In this document: positions 14,343-27,009 of the stretch, piece by piece
How the letters are laid out: every line of letters starts with the position of its first letter
How positions within the stretch are numbered: the stretch's first letter is position 1
Assembly (NCBI GenBank): GCA_963720755.1
Contig: CAVRGP010000011.1
Span: forward strand, 160,001-224,000
Source: an uncultured Chloroflexia bacterium
GTDB taxonomy: Bacteria > Chloroflexota > Limnocylindria > Limnocylindrales > CSP1-4
Direction of reading: 5' to 3'
Length of the DNA stretch: 64,000 nt
Translations under genes and position numbers: made by a program
Notes under the pieces: generated by a model
The model's input: only the letters and a program-made list of their open reading frames with translations
Databases searched by the model: none
Told to the model about the DNA's origin: nothing

Positions 14343-15362
14343 ATGGCCACGAGAGTCGGTATCAATGGCTTCGGCCGCATCGGTCGGCAATCGCTCAAGG
14401 CGCTCATCGAACGAGCCCCCGACATCGAGGTCGTCGCGGTCAACGATCTGGTCGATGCCAAGATGAACGCGCTGCTGTTCAAGCGCGATTCGACGTACGG
14501 CACCTACCCGGGTGAAGTGAGTGCCGGCGAGTCGTCGATCATCGTCGACGGGCGCGAGATCAAGATCCTGGCCGAGCGGGACCCGGCCAATCTGCCGTGG
14601 GCCGATCTCGGTGTCGACATCGTCCTCGAGAGCACCGGACTGTTCACCGACGCCACGAAGGCGAAGGCGCACATCGACGCGGGCGCCAGCAAGGTCATCA
14701 TCAGTGCGCCGGCCAAGAACGAGGACATCACGATCGTCCTGGGCGTGAACGAGGACAAGTACGACCCGAGCGTCCATCACGTCATCAGCAATGCCAGCTG
14801 CACCACGAACTGCCTGGCGCCGGCGGCCAAGGTGGTCCATGACCTGGTGACCATCGAACGCGGCCTGATGAACACCATCCACAGCTACACGAACGACCAG
14901 CGCATCCTCGATGTCGCCCACAAGGATCCCCGACGGGCCCGAAGCGCCGGACAGAACATCATCCCGACGACGACCGGGGCGGCCAAGGCGCTTGCGCTGG
15001 TCATCCCGGATCTCAAGGGCAAGTTCGACGGTTTCAGCCTTCGGGTGCCGACGCCGACGGTCAGCGTGGTCGACTTCACCGCCACGGTCAGCCGCCCGAC
15101 TTCGGTCGAGGAGCTCAACGAGGCGTTCCGTGTCGCGGCCGCGGGTCCGATGAAGGGGATCCTCGGCGTCTCCGATGAGCCGCTCGTGTCGATGGACTTC
15201 AAGGGCGACAGCCGGAGCTCGATCATCGATTCCGCCTCGACGATGGTCCTCGGGGGGACCATGGTCAAGGTCATCGCCTGGTACGACAACGAGTGGGGCT
15301 ACAGCTGCCGCGTGGCGGACCTCATCTCGTTCGTGGCCGCCCGCCTGCCCGTCACTGCCTGA
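14343..15362 (+). CDS. gap: Glyceraldehyde-3-phosphate dehydrogenase type I
   Basis: [30 protein letters not shown]. Confidence 0.98.
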   Translation: MATRVGINGFGRIGRQSLKALIERAPDIEVVAVNDLVDAKMNALLFKRDSTYGTYPGEVSAGESSIIVDGREIKILAERDPANLPWADLGVDIVLESTGLFTDATKAKAHIDAGASKVIISAPAKNEDITIVLGVNEDKYDPSVHHVISNASCTTNCLAPAAKVVHDLVTIERGLMNTIHSYTNDQRILDVAHKDPRRARSAGQNIIPTTTGAAKALALVIPDLKGKFDGFSLRVPTPTVSVVDFTATVSRPTSVEELNEAFRVAAAGPMKGILGVSDEPLVSMDFKGDSRSSIIDSASTMVLGGTMVKVIAWYDNEWGYSCRVADLISFVAARLPVTA

Positions 15363-15368
15363 CGATCG

Positions 15369-17923
<2,555 letters not shown>

Positions 17924-17936
17924 GTACCGCCAGACC

Positions 17937-18515
17937 GTGAGCCGGATCGTCGATCGCGGGGCGATCTCGGCTGCCTATGTCGGCATCGGCATGGCGGTCA
18001 CGATCGTCGCCAGCTTCACCCTGATCATCCCGATCGAGTGGATCATCTGGGTGCTCGCCCTGCCGTCCGGGCTGCTCATCGGCTACTACGCCAACCAGCG
18101 CTCCGATCGACGCCGCGGCCCGTGGGCGCGGATCCTGGCCAACGGCCTGTTCGCGTCAGTCGTCACGGGCTTGACGATCGCCGTGTTCCTGCTGTCGATC
18201 AAGGCGCTCTTCTTCTTCGCGGACAGCGGCTTCCGGGACCCGGGACTCGGCGGACCGATCGCGTGCCAGACCGGTGCCGACTGCGTCTACCAGCGGTACC
18301 TCGAAGCGGGCCGCGGTCCGGATCTCGAGGCAGCCGGCGTGACGGACCCGGACTCGTTCACGGCTTTCTACTGGGCTGAACAGGCCAGCAGCGCGGTCAC
18401 CATCGTGGTCCTCACGACGCTTGGCGGTCTCGGCGGTGCCGCCCTGTACGGGGTCTTTCGCCCCAAGCCGGGCGTGACCGAGTCGATCGCGACGACCGAG
18501 GCGCCAACGACCTGA
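17937..18515 (+). CDS. Hypothetical membrane protein (about 4 TM, loop with CxxxxxC)
   Basis: Hydrophobic segments; loop IACQTGADCVYQRY; terminator follows. Confidence 0.75.
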   Translation: MSRIVDRGAISAAYVGIGMAVTIVASFTLIIPIEWIIWVLALPSGLLIGYYANQRSDRRRGPWARILANGLFASVVTGLTIAVFLLSIKALFFFADSGFRDPGLGGPIACQTGADCVYQRYLEAGRGPDLEAAGVTDPDSFTAFYWAEQASSAVTIVVLTTLGGLGGAALYGVFRPKPGVTESIATTEAPTT

Positions 18516-18537
18516 TCCTCGCGGATCCCCGAATCGA

Positions 18538-18561
18538 AACGCCCCGGCGGACCGGGGCGTT
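18538..18561. terminator. Bidirectional terminator-like hairpin between convergent genes
   Basis: AACGCCCCGG-CGGA-CCGGGGCGTT. Confidence 0.7.
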
Positions 18562-18585
18562 CGTGGGCTGGGGTCGCTGCGATCC

Positions 18586-19251
18586 CTATTCCTTGGTCGC
18601 GGCCTTCTTCGCCTTCGGCGCGGCCTTGGCGGTTGACTTGGGAGCGGTCGCCTTGGCCGTGGCCGGCTTCTTGGTCGCGGTCGCCTTGGCCGTGGCCGGC
18701 TTCCTGGTGGTCGCCTTGGCCGGAGCGGCCTTGGCGGCCGGGGCCTCGACAGCGGATGCGTCTGCGGCAGCCTTGGCTGCGGCAGCCTCGGCGCGGGCCG
18801 TCTTGCTCAGGGCGGCGCGGGCCTTTCCGGCCGCGGTCTGGGCGCCCTTGGCCTTGCCGGCCTTGCCGGCCGCGATGCGGGCCTTGGCGGCCTTGGCGGC
18901 CGCGGCCTTGCCCGTCGTCTTGACGACACGTCCGCTGGTCTGCACCTGCTCCCCGCCGAGGGCGGCGTTGACCTTGCGAGTCAGGCGCGACTTGCGCCGG
19001 GCGGCAGCGTTCGGATGGATGGCGCCGACCTTGGCCGCCCGGTCGAGCGCGCTCAGGGCCTCGATGAGCGCGGCCGCGGGATCGATCGTCGACGTGGACG
19101 GATCGGCGGCGACGGTCAGGGCCTTTGCGACGTACGTCTTCGCGGCGGTGCGTCGGGGCTGAAGGACCTCGTGGCGGCTCTGGGCCTGACGGACCCTCTT
19201 GAGTCCGGACGGCGTGCGAGCGCCCGTCCAGGTGCGGGGCGTCTTGGCCAA
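18586..19251 (-). CDS. rpsT: 30S ribosomal protein S20 with long Ala/Lys-rich C-terminal tail
   Basis: SGLKRVRQ...RTAAKTYVAK...SALDRAAKVGAIHPNAAARRKSRL. TTG start after GAGG. Divergent from the lepA region. Confidence 0.9.
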   Translation of the reverse strand: MAKTPRTWTGARTPSGLKRVRQAQSRHEVLQPRRTAAKTYVAKALTVAADPSTSTIDPAAALIEALSALDRAAKVGAIHPNAAARRKSRLTRKVNAALGGEQVQTSGRVVKTTGKAAAAKAAKARIAAGKAGKAKGAQTAAGKARAALSKTARAEAAAAKAAADASAVEAPAAKAAPAKATTRKPATAKATATKKPATAKATAPKSTAKAAPKAKKAATKE

Positions 19252-19393
19252 GGGTCGAACCTCGTCTTGCGATCGGGAATGGTCGTTGGCGCGCGGCGCG
19301 GATCGAGCGCCGGGCGCGAATGCGGATGGTAGCACAGGTCCAGGCTCGTACCACGCCCCGCATCCGGCCGACCAAGCCGCCAGACTTGGTCCC

Positions 19394-20344
19394 ATGATCG
19401 CGATCGTCGGCGGGCTCGGTGCCGCCATCCTGTGGGCGGCGGCGACGCTGTGTTCGTCACGCTCGAGCCGGATGCTCGGTTCCCGGGTGGTGCTGGCGTG
19501 GGTGATGGTCGTCGGCGCCGTGGTCGGGCTTCCCGTCGCCGTCCTCAGCCCTGCCCCCGAGACGCTCGAACCGTCGACGCTGGCGCTCCTGGGGCTGGCC
19601 GGGATCTGCTACGTCGTCGGCCTGCAACTGACCTATGCCGCGCTCAAGATCGGCAAGGTCTCGATCGTCGCCCCGATCGTCGCGACCGAGGGGGCCGTCG
19701 CCGCGCTCATCGCGGTGGCGCTCGGCGATCCGATCGGGGTCGTGGCCGCGATCATGCTCGCGGTGATCGTCACGGGCGTGGTCCTGTCCACGCTCGATCC
19801 CGGTCGGTCCGATGTCGCGGCCGGGGACTTCGACGTCGTCGCCGATTCGATCGAGGGACCGAGCGAGTCGGAAGCAGCGGGCATCGCGGTCCCGGCGGTC
19901 ACGCTCGCCGATGACGCCGCGGCCCGCGACACGCGTCTGGCAGCCATCCTTGCCGTCGGTGCCGCCCTCGTCTTCGGGGTCGGACTCGTCGCGGCGGGTC
20001 GGTCGGCGTCGCTGGTGCCGGTCGCCTGGGTGGCCTTGTCCACGCGGCTCGTCGGGATCGTCGTCGCGGTCGTGCCGCTCGTCCTCCAGGGTCGACTACG
20101 GATCACGCGGGCGGCGTTGCCGCTGGTCGTCATCGCCGGTGTCGGTGAGGTGATCGGCTCGATGCTTTCGGCCTGGGGATCCCGCGAAAGCATCCCGATC
20201 GCGGCGGTCATGGGCAGCCAGTTCGCGGCGTTCGCGGCCGTGGCTGCCTTCTTCCTGTTCGGCGAGCGACTCGGTCGCGTTCAGGTCGTCGGTGTCGTCC
20301 TGATCGTCGCCGCTGTCACGATACTCGCGGTGGCGACGACGTGA
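19394..20344 (+). CDS. EamA/DMT family transporter
   Basis: Two ~5-TM halves; YAALKIGKVSIVAPI and LFGERLGRVQVVG. Confidence 0.85.
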   Translation: MIAIVGGLGAAILWAAATLCSSRSSRMLGSRVVLAWVMVVGAVVGLPVAVLSPAPETLEPSTLALLGLAGICYVVGLQLTYAALKIGKVSIVAPIVATEGAVAALIAVALGDPIGVVAAIMLAVIVTGVVLSTLDPGRSDVAAGDFDVVADSIEGPSESEAAGIAVPAVTLADDAAARDTRLAAILAVGAALVFGVGLVAAGRSASLVPVAWVALSTRLVGIVVAVVPLVLQGRLRITRAALPLVVIAGVGEVIGSMLSAWGSRESIPIAAVMGSQFAAFAAVAAFFLFGERLGRVQVVGVVLIVAAVTILAVATT

Positions 20345-20345
20345 C

Positions 20346-21395
20346 CTAGCTGCCGGTCAGGATGGCGTCGATCTCGGCTCGATCGCTGCCCGGCACTCTC
20401 GTGATCCTGAAGGTCACGGTGTGCGTCCCCGACGTCGCCCACGTCTTCACCCAGACGACGCGCCGGTACGCGCTGGGTGCCCGCAGTGAGATGTAGGAGA
20501 CTTTGACGCCATCGAGGTAGACCGCCAGGTTCCCACGCTTCGGGCCGAACCGGGACACGAGCGCGACCATCCGGGCGTTGAACGTGATCTTCACCGTGGA
20601 TCCCGCGGTCGCATTCGTCTTTGCGTGCCCGCCCCAGTACGAGGCACTCGTGACCCGGCTCCACCGGCCCTTCCATCGCAACTGCTTGTTCGACTCCTGG
20701 AGCGCGGAAACCTTGAACGCCGGCCCCACGTACCAGGCCCCGACGTTGGTCGCGTAGTCGATGCCCTGGACACGCAGCTGGTAGGTGTGACCCGGAGAGA
20801 CCGCGTAGAAGATGCCCGGCAGGGCCGGGTGACTCGAGACGTGCGTCCAGGCTCCGCCGTCGACCCGGGATTCGATGTTGTAGGTGTGCGTGCCGCTCTG
20901 CGCGTGGTCGTCGTTGAACCAGGTGATCCGCATGGTGACCTGGCCGCCATTCACCTGGCGCCCGGGCTCGATCGAGGCGCGCATCGATGACTCGACCGGA
21001 GCCTCGGTGTCGTACAGGACAGAGGCGAACCCACCCGACCAGGCGGGGTCCCAGGTGTTCGTCCCATCGTCGAAGTCGACGAAGACATACCTGACGCCGG
21101 GGACGCTCGTGCCGCCATAGGCCGAATCAGTCAAGTCCCATGACGTGCTTGCCGCCCAGGCCATCGTCTTCCAGTCTGTCCCGTTCATCGATAGCCGCAT
21201 CGAGACCGCATTCGACGCCGGGGTCGAGACGGTCACGATCGCCTGGTTCGTCCACGGGGTGCCGCCGTTGACCTGGATGTCGCCGGGGACCGGCGGGGCC
21301 GCGGCCACGACGACAGCGGCCGACGAGGCCGCAAGCATCAGGGCGAGGAGGGGCACGATGGTGCCGCGCGGCACAAGACGCAGGCGACCCGGCAT
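20346..21395 (-). CDS. Secreted beta-rich protein (Ig/FN3-like plus jelly-roll-like C-terminus)
   Basis: Signal peptide; INGG-like [10 protein letters not shown]; [17 protein letters not shown]; KITFNAR...[13 protein letters not shown]...GTHTVTF. Confidence 0.7.
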   Translation of the reverse strand: MPGRLRLVPRGTIVPLLALMLAASSAAVVVAAAPPVPGDIQVNGGTPWTNQAIVTVSTPASNAVSMRLSMNGTDWKTMAWAASTSWDLTDSAYGGTSVPGVRYVFVDFDDGTNTWDPAWSGGFASVLYDTEAPVESSMRASIEPGRQVNGGQVTMRITWFNDDHAQSGTHTYNIESRVDGGAWTHVSSHPALPGIFYAVSPGHTYQLRVQGIDYATNVGAWYVGPAFKVSALQESNKQLRWKGRWSRVTSASYWGGHAKTNATAGSTVKITFNARMVALVSRFGPKRGNLAVYLDGVKVSYISLRAPSAYRRVVWVKTWATSGTHTVTFRITRVPGSDRAEIDAILTGS

Positions 21396-21427
21396 GTGAT
21401 CGGGCTCCCTTCGGTATGCTCCGGCGC

Positions 21428-23260
21428 GTGAATGACGACCGGCGCGATCGTAGCATCCCCCAGTCCCGCCTCCGTAACTTCTCGATCATCGCCCACATCG
21501 ACCACGGCAAGTCGACGCTGGCGGACCGGCTGCTCGAGCTGACCCACACCATCGACGCCCGGCAGATGACCAGCCAGGTCCTCGATTCGATGGATCTCGA
21601 ACGCGAGAAGGGCATCACCATCAAGGCCCGGGCAGTCCGTCTCGAGTACGTGGCCGGCGACGGCCTGACCTATGGGCTGAACCTCATCGACACGCCCGGC
21701 CACGTCGATTTCGCGTATGAGGTCAGCCACAGCCTGCAGGCCTGCGAGGGCGCGATCCTCGTCGTCGATGCGACCCAGGGGATCGAGGCCCAGACGCTCG
21801 CCAACGTCCACCTGGCCATGCGCGAGAACCTCACGCTCATCCCGGTCCTCAACAAGATCGACCTGCCGTCAGCCGACCCGGATACGATCATGGACGAGCT
21901 CGAGAACGTGCTGGCCATCCCGCGCGAGGAGGTCATCCTCGCGTCGGCCAAGGACGGGACGGGGGTGCCCGAGATCCTCGAGGCGATCGTCGCGCGGGTC
22001 CCGCCGCCGAAGGGCGACCCGAAGGCCCCGCTCCAGGGGCTCATCTTCGACAGCCATTACGACGCGTACAAGGGCGTCATCGTCTATGTCCGGCTTGCCG
22101 CGGGGACCATCCGGCACGGGGAACGGATCGCCCTGATGGGCAGCGGGGTGACCGCCGAACCGCTCGAACTCGGCGTGTTCCGGCCGCAGCTCGTGCCCGT
22201 CCGCCAGCTCGTGGCCGGCGAGGTCGGGTACGTCGCGACCGGGCTCAAGAGCGTCCGGGACGCCCAGGTGGGCGACACGCTGACGAGCGCCACGCATCCG
22301 GCCACGACGCCGTTGCCCGGCTATCAGCCCGCCAAAAGCCTGGTCTTCGCCGGCATCTACCCGGTCTCCGGAGAGGACTACCCGCTGCTCCGCGAAGCGC
22401 TCGAGAAGCTCCATCTCAACGACGCGAGCTTCACCTACGCACCGGAAAGCTCCGTCGCCCTCGGCTTCGGGTTCCGCTGCGGGTTCCTCGGCTTGCTCCA
22501 CATGGAGATCGTCCAGGAGCGCCTCGAGCGTGAATTCGATCTCGACCTCATCGCTTCGGCGCCTTCGGTGGAGTACCACGTCCAGCTCCTGCACGGTCGC
22601 GGCGAAGTCGTCGTCGACAACCCATCGTTGCTCCCGGATCCATCGGCGATCGAGGTCATCGAGGAGCCCTGGGTCACCCTCAGCCTCGTGTCACCCAGCC
22701 AGTACATCGGCTCGTTGATGGAGCTCACGACCAACCGCCGCGGCGAATTCATGACGATGGAATACCTCGATCCGACGCGGGTCGTCCTCCATTTCGAGAT
22801 GCCACTGGCAGAACTGATCGTCGACTTCTTCGACCAGATGAAGAGCCGGACGCAGGGCTATGCGTCGATGGACTACGAGGAGCTCGGCTACCGGCCCGCG
22901 AACCTGGCCAAGGTCGACATCCTGGTCAATGGCGAGCCGGTCGACGCGCTGTCCCTGATCGTCCACCGGGACCGCGCCCAATCCACGGGCCGGGCGTTGG
23001 CCGAACGACTCAAGGAGCTGATCCCGCGGCAGATGTTCGAGATCCCGATCCAGGCCGCCATCGGTTCGAACGTCGTCGCTCGCGAGACGGTCCGGGCGAT
23101 GCGCAAGAACGTCCTGGCCAAGTGTTACGGTGGCGACATCACGCGCAAGCGCAAACTGCTGGAGAAGCAGAAGGAAGGCAAGCAGCGGATGAAGCGCGTG
23201 GGTTCGGTCGAGATCCCGCAGGAGGCGTTCCTGGCGATGCTACGGATGGACGAGGGCTAG
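21428..23260 (+). CDS. lepA: Translation elongation factor 4
   Basis: [45 protein letters not shown]. Confidence 0.98.
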   Translation: MNDDRRDRSIPQSRLRNFSIIAHIDHGKSTLADRLLELTHTIDARQMTSQVLDSMDLEREKGITIKARAVRLEYVAGDGLTYGLNLIDTPGHVDFAYEVSHSLQACEGAILVVDATQGIEAQTLANVHLAMRENLTLIPVLNKIDLPSADPDTIMDELENVLAIPREEVILASAKDGTGVPEILEAIVARVPPPKGDPKAPLQGLIFDSHYDAYKGVIVYVRLAAGTIRHGERIALMGSGVTAEPLELGVFRPQLVPVRQLVAGEVGYVATGLKSVRDAQVGDTLTSATHPATTPLPGYQPAKSLVFAGIYPVSGEDYPLLREALEKLHLNDASFTYAPESSVALGFGFRCGFLGLLHMEIVQERLEREFDLDLIASAPSVEYHVQLLHGRGEVVVDNPSLLPDPSAIEVIEEPWVTLSLVSPSQYIGSLMELTTNRRGEFMTMEYLDPTRVVLHFEMPLAELIVDFFDQMKSRTQGYASMDYEELGYRPANLAKVDILVNGEPVDALSLIVHRDRAQSTGRALAERLKELIPRQMFEIPIQAAIGSNVVARETVRAMRKNVLAKCYGGDITRKRKLLEKQKEGKQRMKRVGSVEIPQEAFLAMLRMDEG

Positions 23261-23269
23261 GCTGGCCGC

Positions 23270-24025
23270 GTGGACGACTTCCTGATCCTGGCCCGGTCGC
23301 TCATCACGATCGGCCTCGTCCTGCTCCTGGTGATGCTCAGGCTTGACGCGGAGAAGTTCGGGACCGCCGAGTACTACGAAGCCACCCAGGATGGCGAGCG
23401 GCCGCGGATACGCCGACGCCTGGCCTGGTATGGCCTGGGCTTCGCGCTCTCGATCGCGATCCTGTACATCCATCCCGACCCGCAGCGTGACCTCTACCTC
23501 GGCTCGGGAGACCGGTTCGACGCGGTGATCGGCGGGATCATCTACGGCTTGCTCGGCATCGCGGTCGCGGTCAGCTTCGCGACCTTGCGGTATCACCGGA
23601 TCCGGTTTCCCGCCGCCTGGTCGTACCCGGGGGCGCTGGTCAATTCGACCGCGACGGCGTTCATCGATGAAGTCACCTTTCGCGGAGCGCTCCTGGGCCT
23701 GCTCCTGATCCTCGGCGTCAGCCCGACCATGGCCAACCTGACCCAGGCGGTCGCCTACGCACTCGCGACCCGCCTCGGCGCGCCCGGGCGTGACCGGTAC
23801 CTGCTCCTCCTGGCGCTCGGGATCGGCCTGATCGGCGGCTGGTTGACCGTCGCCACCGGCGGCATCGCCGCGGCCTTCCTCGGCCACGCCATCACCCGCT
23901 TCGCGTTCTTCCTGTGTACCGGCCACGCGGGCCAGACGCAGCCACGAGCTCAAGAGCCGGAGGAGATCGAACGGCGGCGCCGACCACCGGAGGGCTGGCG
24001 GATCATCCGATCGCGGGACCGTTGA
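23270..24025 (+). CDS. CPBP/Abi-like intramembrane protein (degenerate motifs)
   Basis: Multi-TM; FIDEVTFRG and AFLGHAITR. Confidence 0.7.
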   Translation: MDDFLILARSLITIGLVLLLVMLRLDAEKFGTAEYYEATQDGERPRIRRRLAWYGLGFALSIAILYIHPDPQRDLYLGSGDRFDAVIGGIIYGLLGIAVAVSFATLRYHRIRFPAAWSYPGALVNSTATAFIDEVTFRGALLGLLLILGVSPTMANLTQAVAYALATRLGAPGRDRYLLLLALGIGLIGGWLTVATGGIAAAFLGHAITRFAFFLCTGHAGQTQPRAQEPEEIERRRRPPEGWRIIRSRDR

Positions 24026-25242
24026 CCCGCCAGCCCGCGCCACCGGTGGCGCTGTACGTCCACATCCCGTTCTGCGTGTCGCTGTGCCCCTACTGTGACT
24101 TCGTCGTCTACGCCGGGGCGGCCACCCGCGGACCGAGATCGAAGGTCGATCTGTTCCTGGCGGCGCTGCAGACCGAGCTCGACCTCCGTGCGGACGCGCT
24201 CGACCAGGTATTCCCGGATCGCCCACCTCTCGAGACCGTCTACCTCGGCGGCGGGACGCCCTCCTTGCTTCCGGCTGCGGCGATCGCGGCGATCCTCGAT
24301 CAGGTCCGCACCCGCTTCCGGTTGACCGACGAGGCCGAGGTGACCCTCGAGGCCAACCCGGGGCGCGATGAACGCGGGGATGCTCGAAGCATCAGCGAGG
24401 CCGGGGTGACCCGCCTGTCGCTCGGCGCCCAATCGATGTCAGCCGTCGGACTCCACCGTCTGGGTCGGCGACATCGGGTCGCCGATATCGGAGCCGCGGT
24501 CGCGGCCGCCAGGGCCGGTGGGATCGGATCCATCAGCCTCGACCTCCTCTACGACGCGCCGGACGCGTCATTGGCGGACTGGATCGACACGTTGGACGCG
24601 GCACTCGCCCTGCGCCCAGATCATCTATCGCTCTACGCGCTGACCCTGGACGACCCCGACGCCGAAGGACTGACCGGGCCCGGCGGCGATCATCTGCCGA
24701 CGACGCCCGGGGCGAGGCGCTGGCGGGCGACCGCCCGGCTCGCCCAGGACGAGGATCGCGCGGCTGCCCAATACCATCACGCCGTGCACCGACTGGCCGA
24801 TGACGGCTGGCATGGCTACGAGATCAGCAACTGGGCCAAGCCCGGTCATGAAAGTCGGCACAATCAGGTGTATTGGGAGCGCCGGCCGTACGAAGCCCTG
24901 GGGCCGGGAGCGCATGCGTTCGATGGCGTCACTCGCCGGTGGAACGCGGCTCCACTTGACCGCTACCTGGCCGCTCTGACCCCGGCCGATGGCGGATCCG
25001 CCAACCTTCCGCCCGGGGGTTCGGAGACGATCGATCCGGCCGCCGCCAGGGCCGAGGCGGTCATCCTCGGATTGCGGACCGACCGCGGCGTGCCGGTCGA
25101 GTCGACCCATGAGCCGCCCCTCGCGGATGTCTTCGGGTGGGCCCTCGCGGCCGAGCTGGTGGTCGTCACCGGCGACGACCGGGTGGTCCTGACGACCCGC
25201 GGCCGGCTCCTCTCGAACGAGCTGTTCAGCCGGCTGGTCTGA
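24022..25242 (+). CDS. hemW: Radical SAM heme chaperone HemW (HemN-like)
   Basis: LYVHIPFCVSLCPYCDF, YLGGGTPS, YEISNWA, SRHNQVYW. Directly upstream of hrcA. Confidence 0.92.
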   Translation: MTRQPAPPVALYVHIPFCVSLCPYCDFVVYAGAATRGPRSKVDLFLAALQTELDLRADALDQVFPDRPPLETVYLGGGTPSLLPAAAIAAILDQVRTRFRLTDEAEVTLEANPGRDERGDARSISEAGVTRLSLGAQSMSAVGLHRLGRRHRVADIGAAVAAARAGGIGSISLDLLYDAPDASLADWIDTLDAALALRPDHLSLYALTLDDPDAEGLTGPGGDHLPTTPGARRWRATARLAQDEDRAAAQYHHAVHRLADDGWHGYEISNWAKPGHESRHNQVYWERRPYEALGPGAHAFDGVTRRWNAAPLDRYLAALTPADGGSANLPPGGSETIDPAAARAEAVILGLRTDRGVPVESTHEPPLADVFGWALAAELVVVTGDDRVVLTTRGRLLSNELFSRLV

Positions 25243-25266
25243 CCCCGGTTCGATCGGGCAACCTCG

Positions 25267-25296
25267 TTGACACCCGAACCCCGTGGCTGCTACGAT
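25267..25296 (+). promoter_or_regulatory. Promoter of hrcA-grpE-dnaK
   Basis: TTGACA-N18-TACGAT. Confidence 0.75.
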
Positions 25297-25308
25297 GCCG
25301 TCAACTCG

Positions 25309-25335
25309 TTAGCACTCTCTCGCATAGAGTGCTAA
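25309..25335. promoter_or_regulatory. CIRCE element (HrcA operator)
   Basis: Perfect TTAGCACTC-N9-GAGTGCTAA. Confidence 0.98.
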
Positions 25336-25354
25336 CCATTTCAGGAGAACGGCC

Positions 25355-26425
25355 TTGGCGCGACGGACCCGCCGCCCTTTCGGCCCTCTGGACAACCGCA
25401 CGCAAGCGATCCTTCGGGCTGTCATCGAGGAATATGTCACCACCGCAGCGCCGGTCGGCAGCCGGGCGCTGGTCGACCACTATGGCCTCGGCGTGTCCAG
25501 CGCGACGGTTCGCAGCATCCTCGCCGAGCTCGAGGTCGATGGCCTGCTGACCCATCCCCATACCTCGGCCGGACGTATCCCGACCGATGCCGGCTACCGC
25601 TTCTACGTCGAATCCATCGCTGAAGCGGTCCCCCTCCCGGCGGTCGAGCAACTGATGATCCGCCACCAGTTCGGTCAGGTCGAGTTCGCCAGCGAGCACT
25701 GGTTCCGGCTCGCCGCCACGACGCTCGCCTCGGTCACCCGCTCCGCCGGCATCGCGACGCCGGCCAAGCCTCGCGATGCCCATGTCCGCAGGATCGACCT
25801 GGTCGCGATCAGTGAGCGGATGGCCAGTCTCATCCTGGTCCTGCGTGAGGGCGCCATCAAGCAGGCCCTGATCACCGTCGACAGCGATGACGCGATCGAC
25901 CAGCCGACCCTCAACGCCGTGGCTGCCGTTCTGAACGAGCAGCTCGTGGACCTGACCGCGGCGCGAGCGCGGGCCAGGATCGAGGCCATGCGCGGCGACG
26001 ACCGGGTCCAGGCACTTGCCAGGCGCGTCGGCGAGCGGGTGGTGAAGGTCGTCAGCGACTACGACGCGGAGATGATCGAGGAGGTCTTCAGCGACGGGCT
26101 GCTCAACGTGATGGAAGAGCCTGAGTTCGCCCAGAGCGACAAGCTCCGGCGCGTCTTCAGCGCCCTGGAGAACCGGGCCTACCTGGGCGAGCTTGTCGGG
26201 GCGGTCGCCGGCACCCACGGCGTCCGGGTCTTCATCGGACACGAGAACCAGCCGCTCGACATGCGTGACGTCTCGCTCATCCTGGCGCCATACGGCCGGC
26301 CCGGTCAGGCGATCGGCGTCGTCGGGGTGCTCGGCCCGACCCGGATGTCCTACTCGCAGGCGATCGGCACGGTTCGGTTCGTGTCGAGCCTGATGGATGA
26401 ACTGGTGGATCATCTGTATGCCTGA
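25355..26425 (+). CDS. hrcA: Heat-inducible transcription repressor
   Basis: PVGSRAL, VSSATVR, PHTSAGRIPTDAGYRFYV, GVLGPTRMSY. Confidence 0.97.
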   Translation: MARRTRRPFGPLDNRTQAILRAVIEEYVTTAAPVGSRALVDHYGLGVSSATVRSILAELEVDGLLTHPHTSAGRIPTDAGYRFYVESIAEAVPLPAVEQLMIRHQFGQVEFASEHWFRLAATTLASVTRSAGIATPAKPRDAHVRRIDLVAISERMASLILVLREGAIKQALITVDSDDAIDQPTLNAVAAVLNEQLVDLTAARARARIEAMRGDDRVQALARRVGERVVKVVSDYDAEMIEEVFSDGLLNVMEEPEFAQSDKLRRVFSALENRAYLGELVGAVAGTHGVRVFIGHENQPLDMRDVSLILAPYGRPGQAIGVVGVLGPTRMSYSQAIGTVRFVSSLMDELVDHLYA

Positions 26426-26978
26426 TCGTCGACGAACCAGAGCCCAGGAGCGGGAGGCGGAACTCGATATCTCACCGACCGCGTTGATCGCCCAGATCGA
26501 GACGCTGACGACCGAACGCGACGAAGCGATCCGGTCGGCGGACGACTACCTGGGTGCCCTCCAGCGGGAACGGGCCGAGTTCCAGAACTTCAAACGCCGG
26601 ACGTCCGAGGAACGGATGCGCGACCTTGGCCTGGCCGGCGAAGACCTCATCCGCAAGGTCCTCACCCTCGCCGACGACTTCGACCGGGCCATCGAGACCC
26701 GGCCGGCGTCGATCGCCGAGGACGCCTGGTTCGACGGGATCGCGGCGATCGACCGGAAGCTGCGCCAGCTGCTCGACAGCGAAGGCGTGACGACCATCGA
26801 CGCATCCGCCGGCCGACCGTTCGACCCGCGCGAGCACGAGGCGATCGCCAATGTTCCCGGCAGCGGTCGGGCCGACGGCGAGATCGTCGAGGAGATCCGT
26901 CGAGGCTACCGGCTCCGCGACCGCGTGATCCGCCCGGCCCTCGTCGCCGTGGCGACCAACGCAGACACCAACGACTGA
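26418..26978 (+). CDS. grpE: Nucleotide exchange factor GrpE
   Basis: RAEFQNFKRR, FDPREHEA, GYRLRDRVIRPALV. Confidence 0.96.
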   Translation: MPDRRRTRAQEREAELDISPTALIAQIETLTTERDEAIRSADDYLGALQRERAEFQNFKRRTSEERMRDLGLAGEDLIRKVLTLADDFDRAIETRPASIAEDAWFDGIAAIDRKLRQLLDSEGVTTIDASAGRPFDPREHEAIANVPGSGRADGEIVEEIRRGYRLRDRVIRPALVAVATNADTND

Positions 26979-27009
26979 CCAACCACACTGCTAAGGAGCA
27001 TCCATCGAT

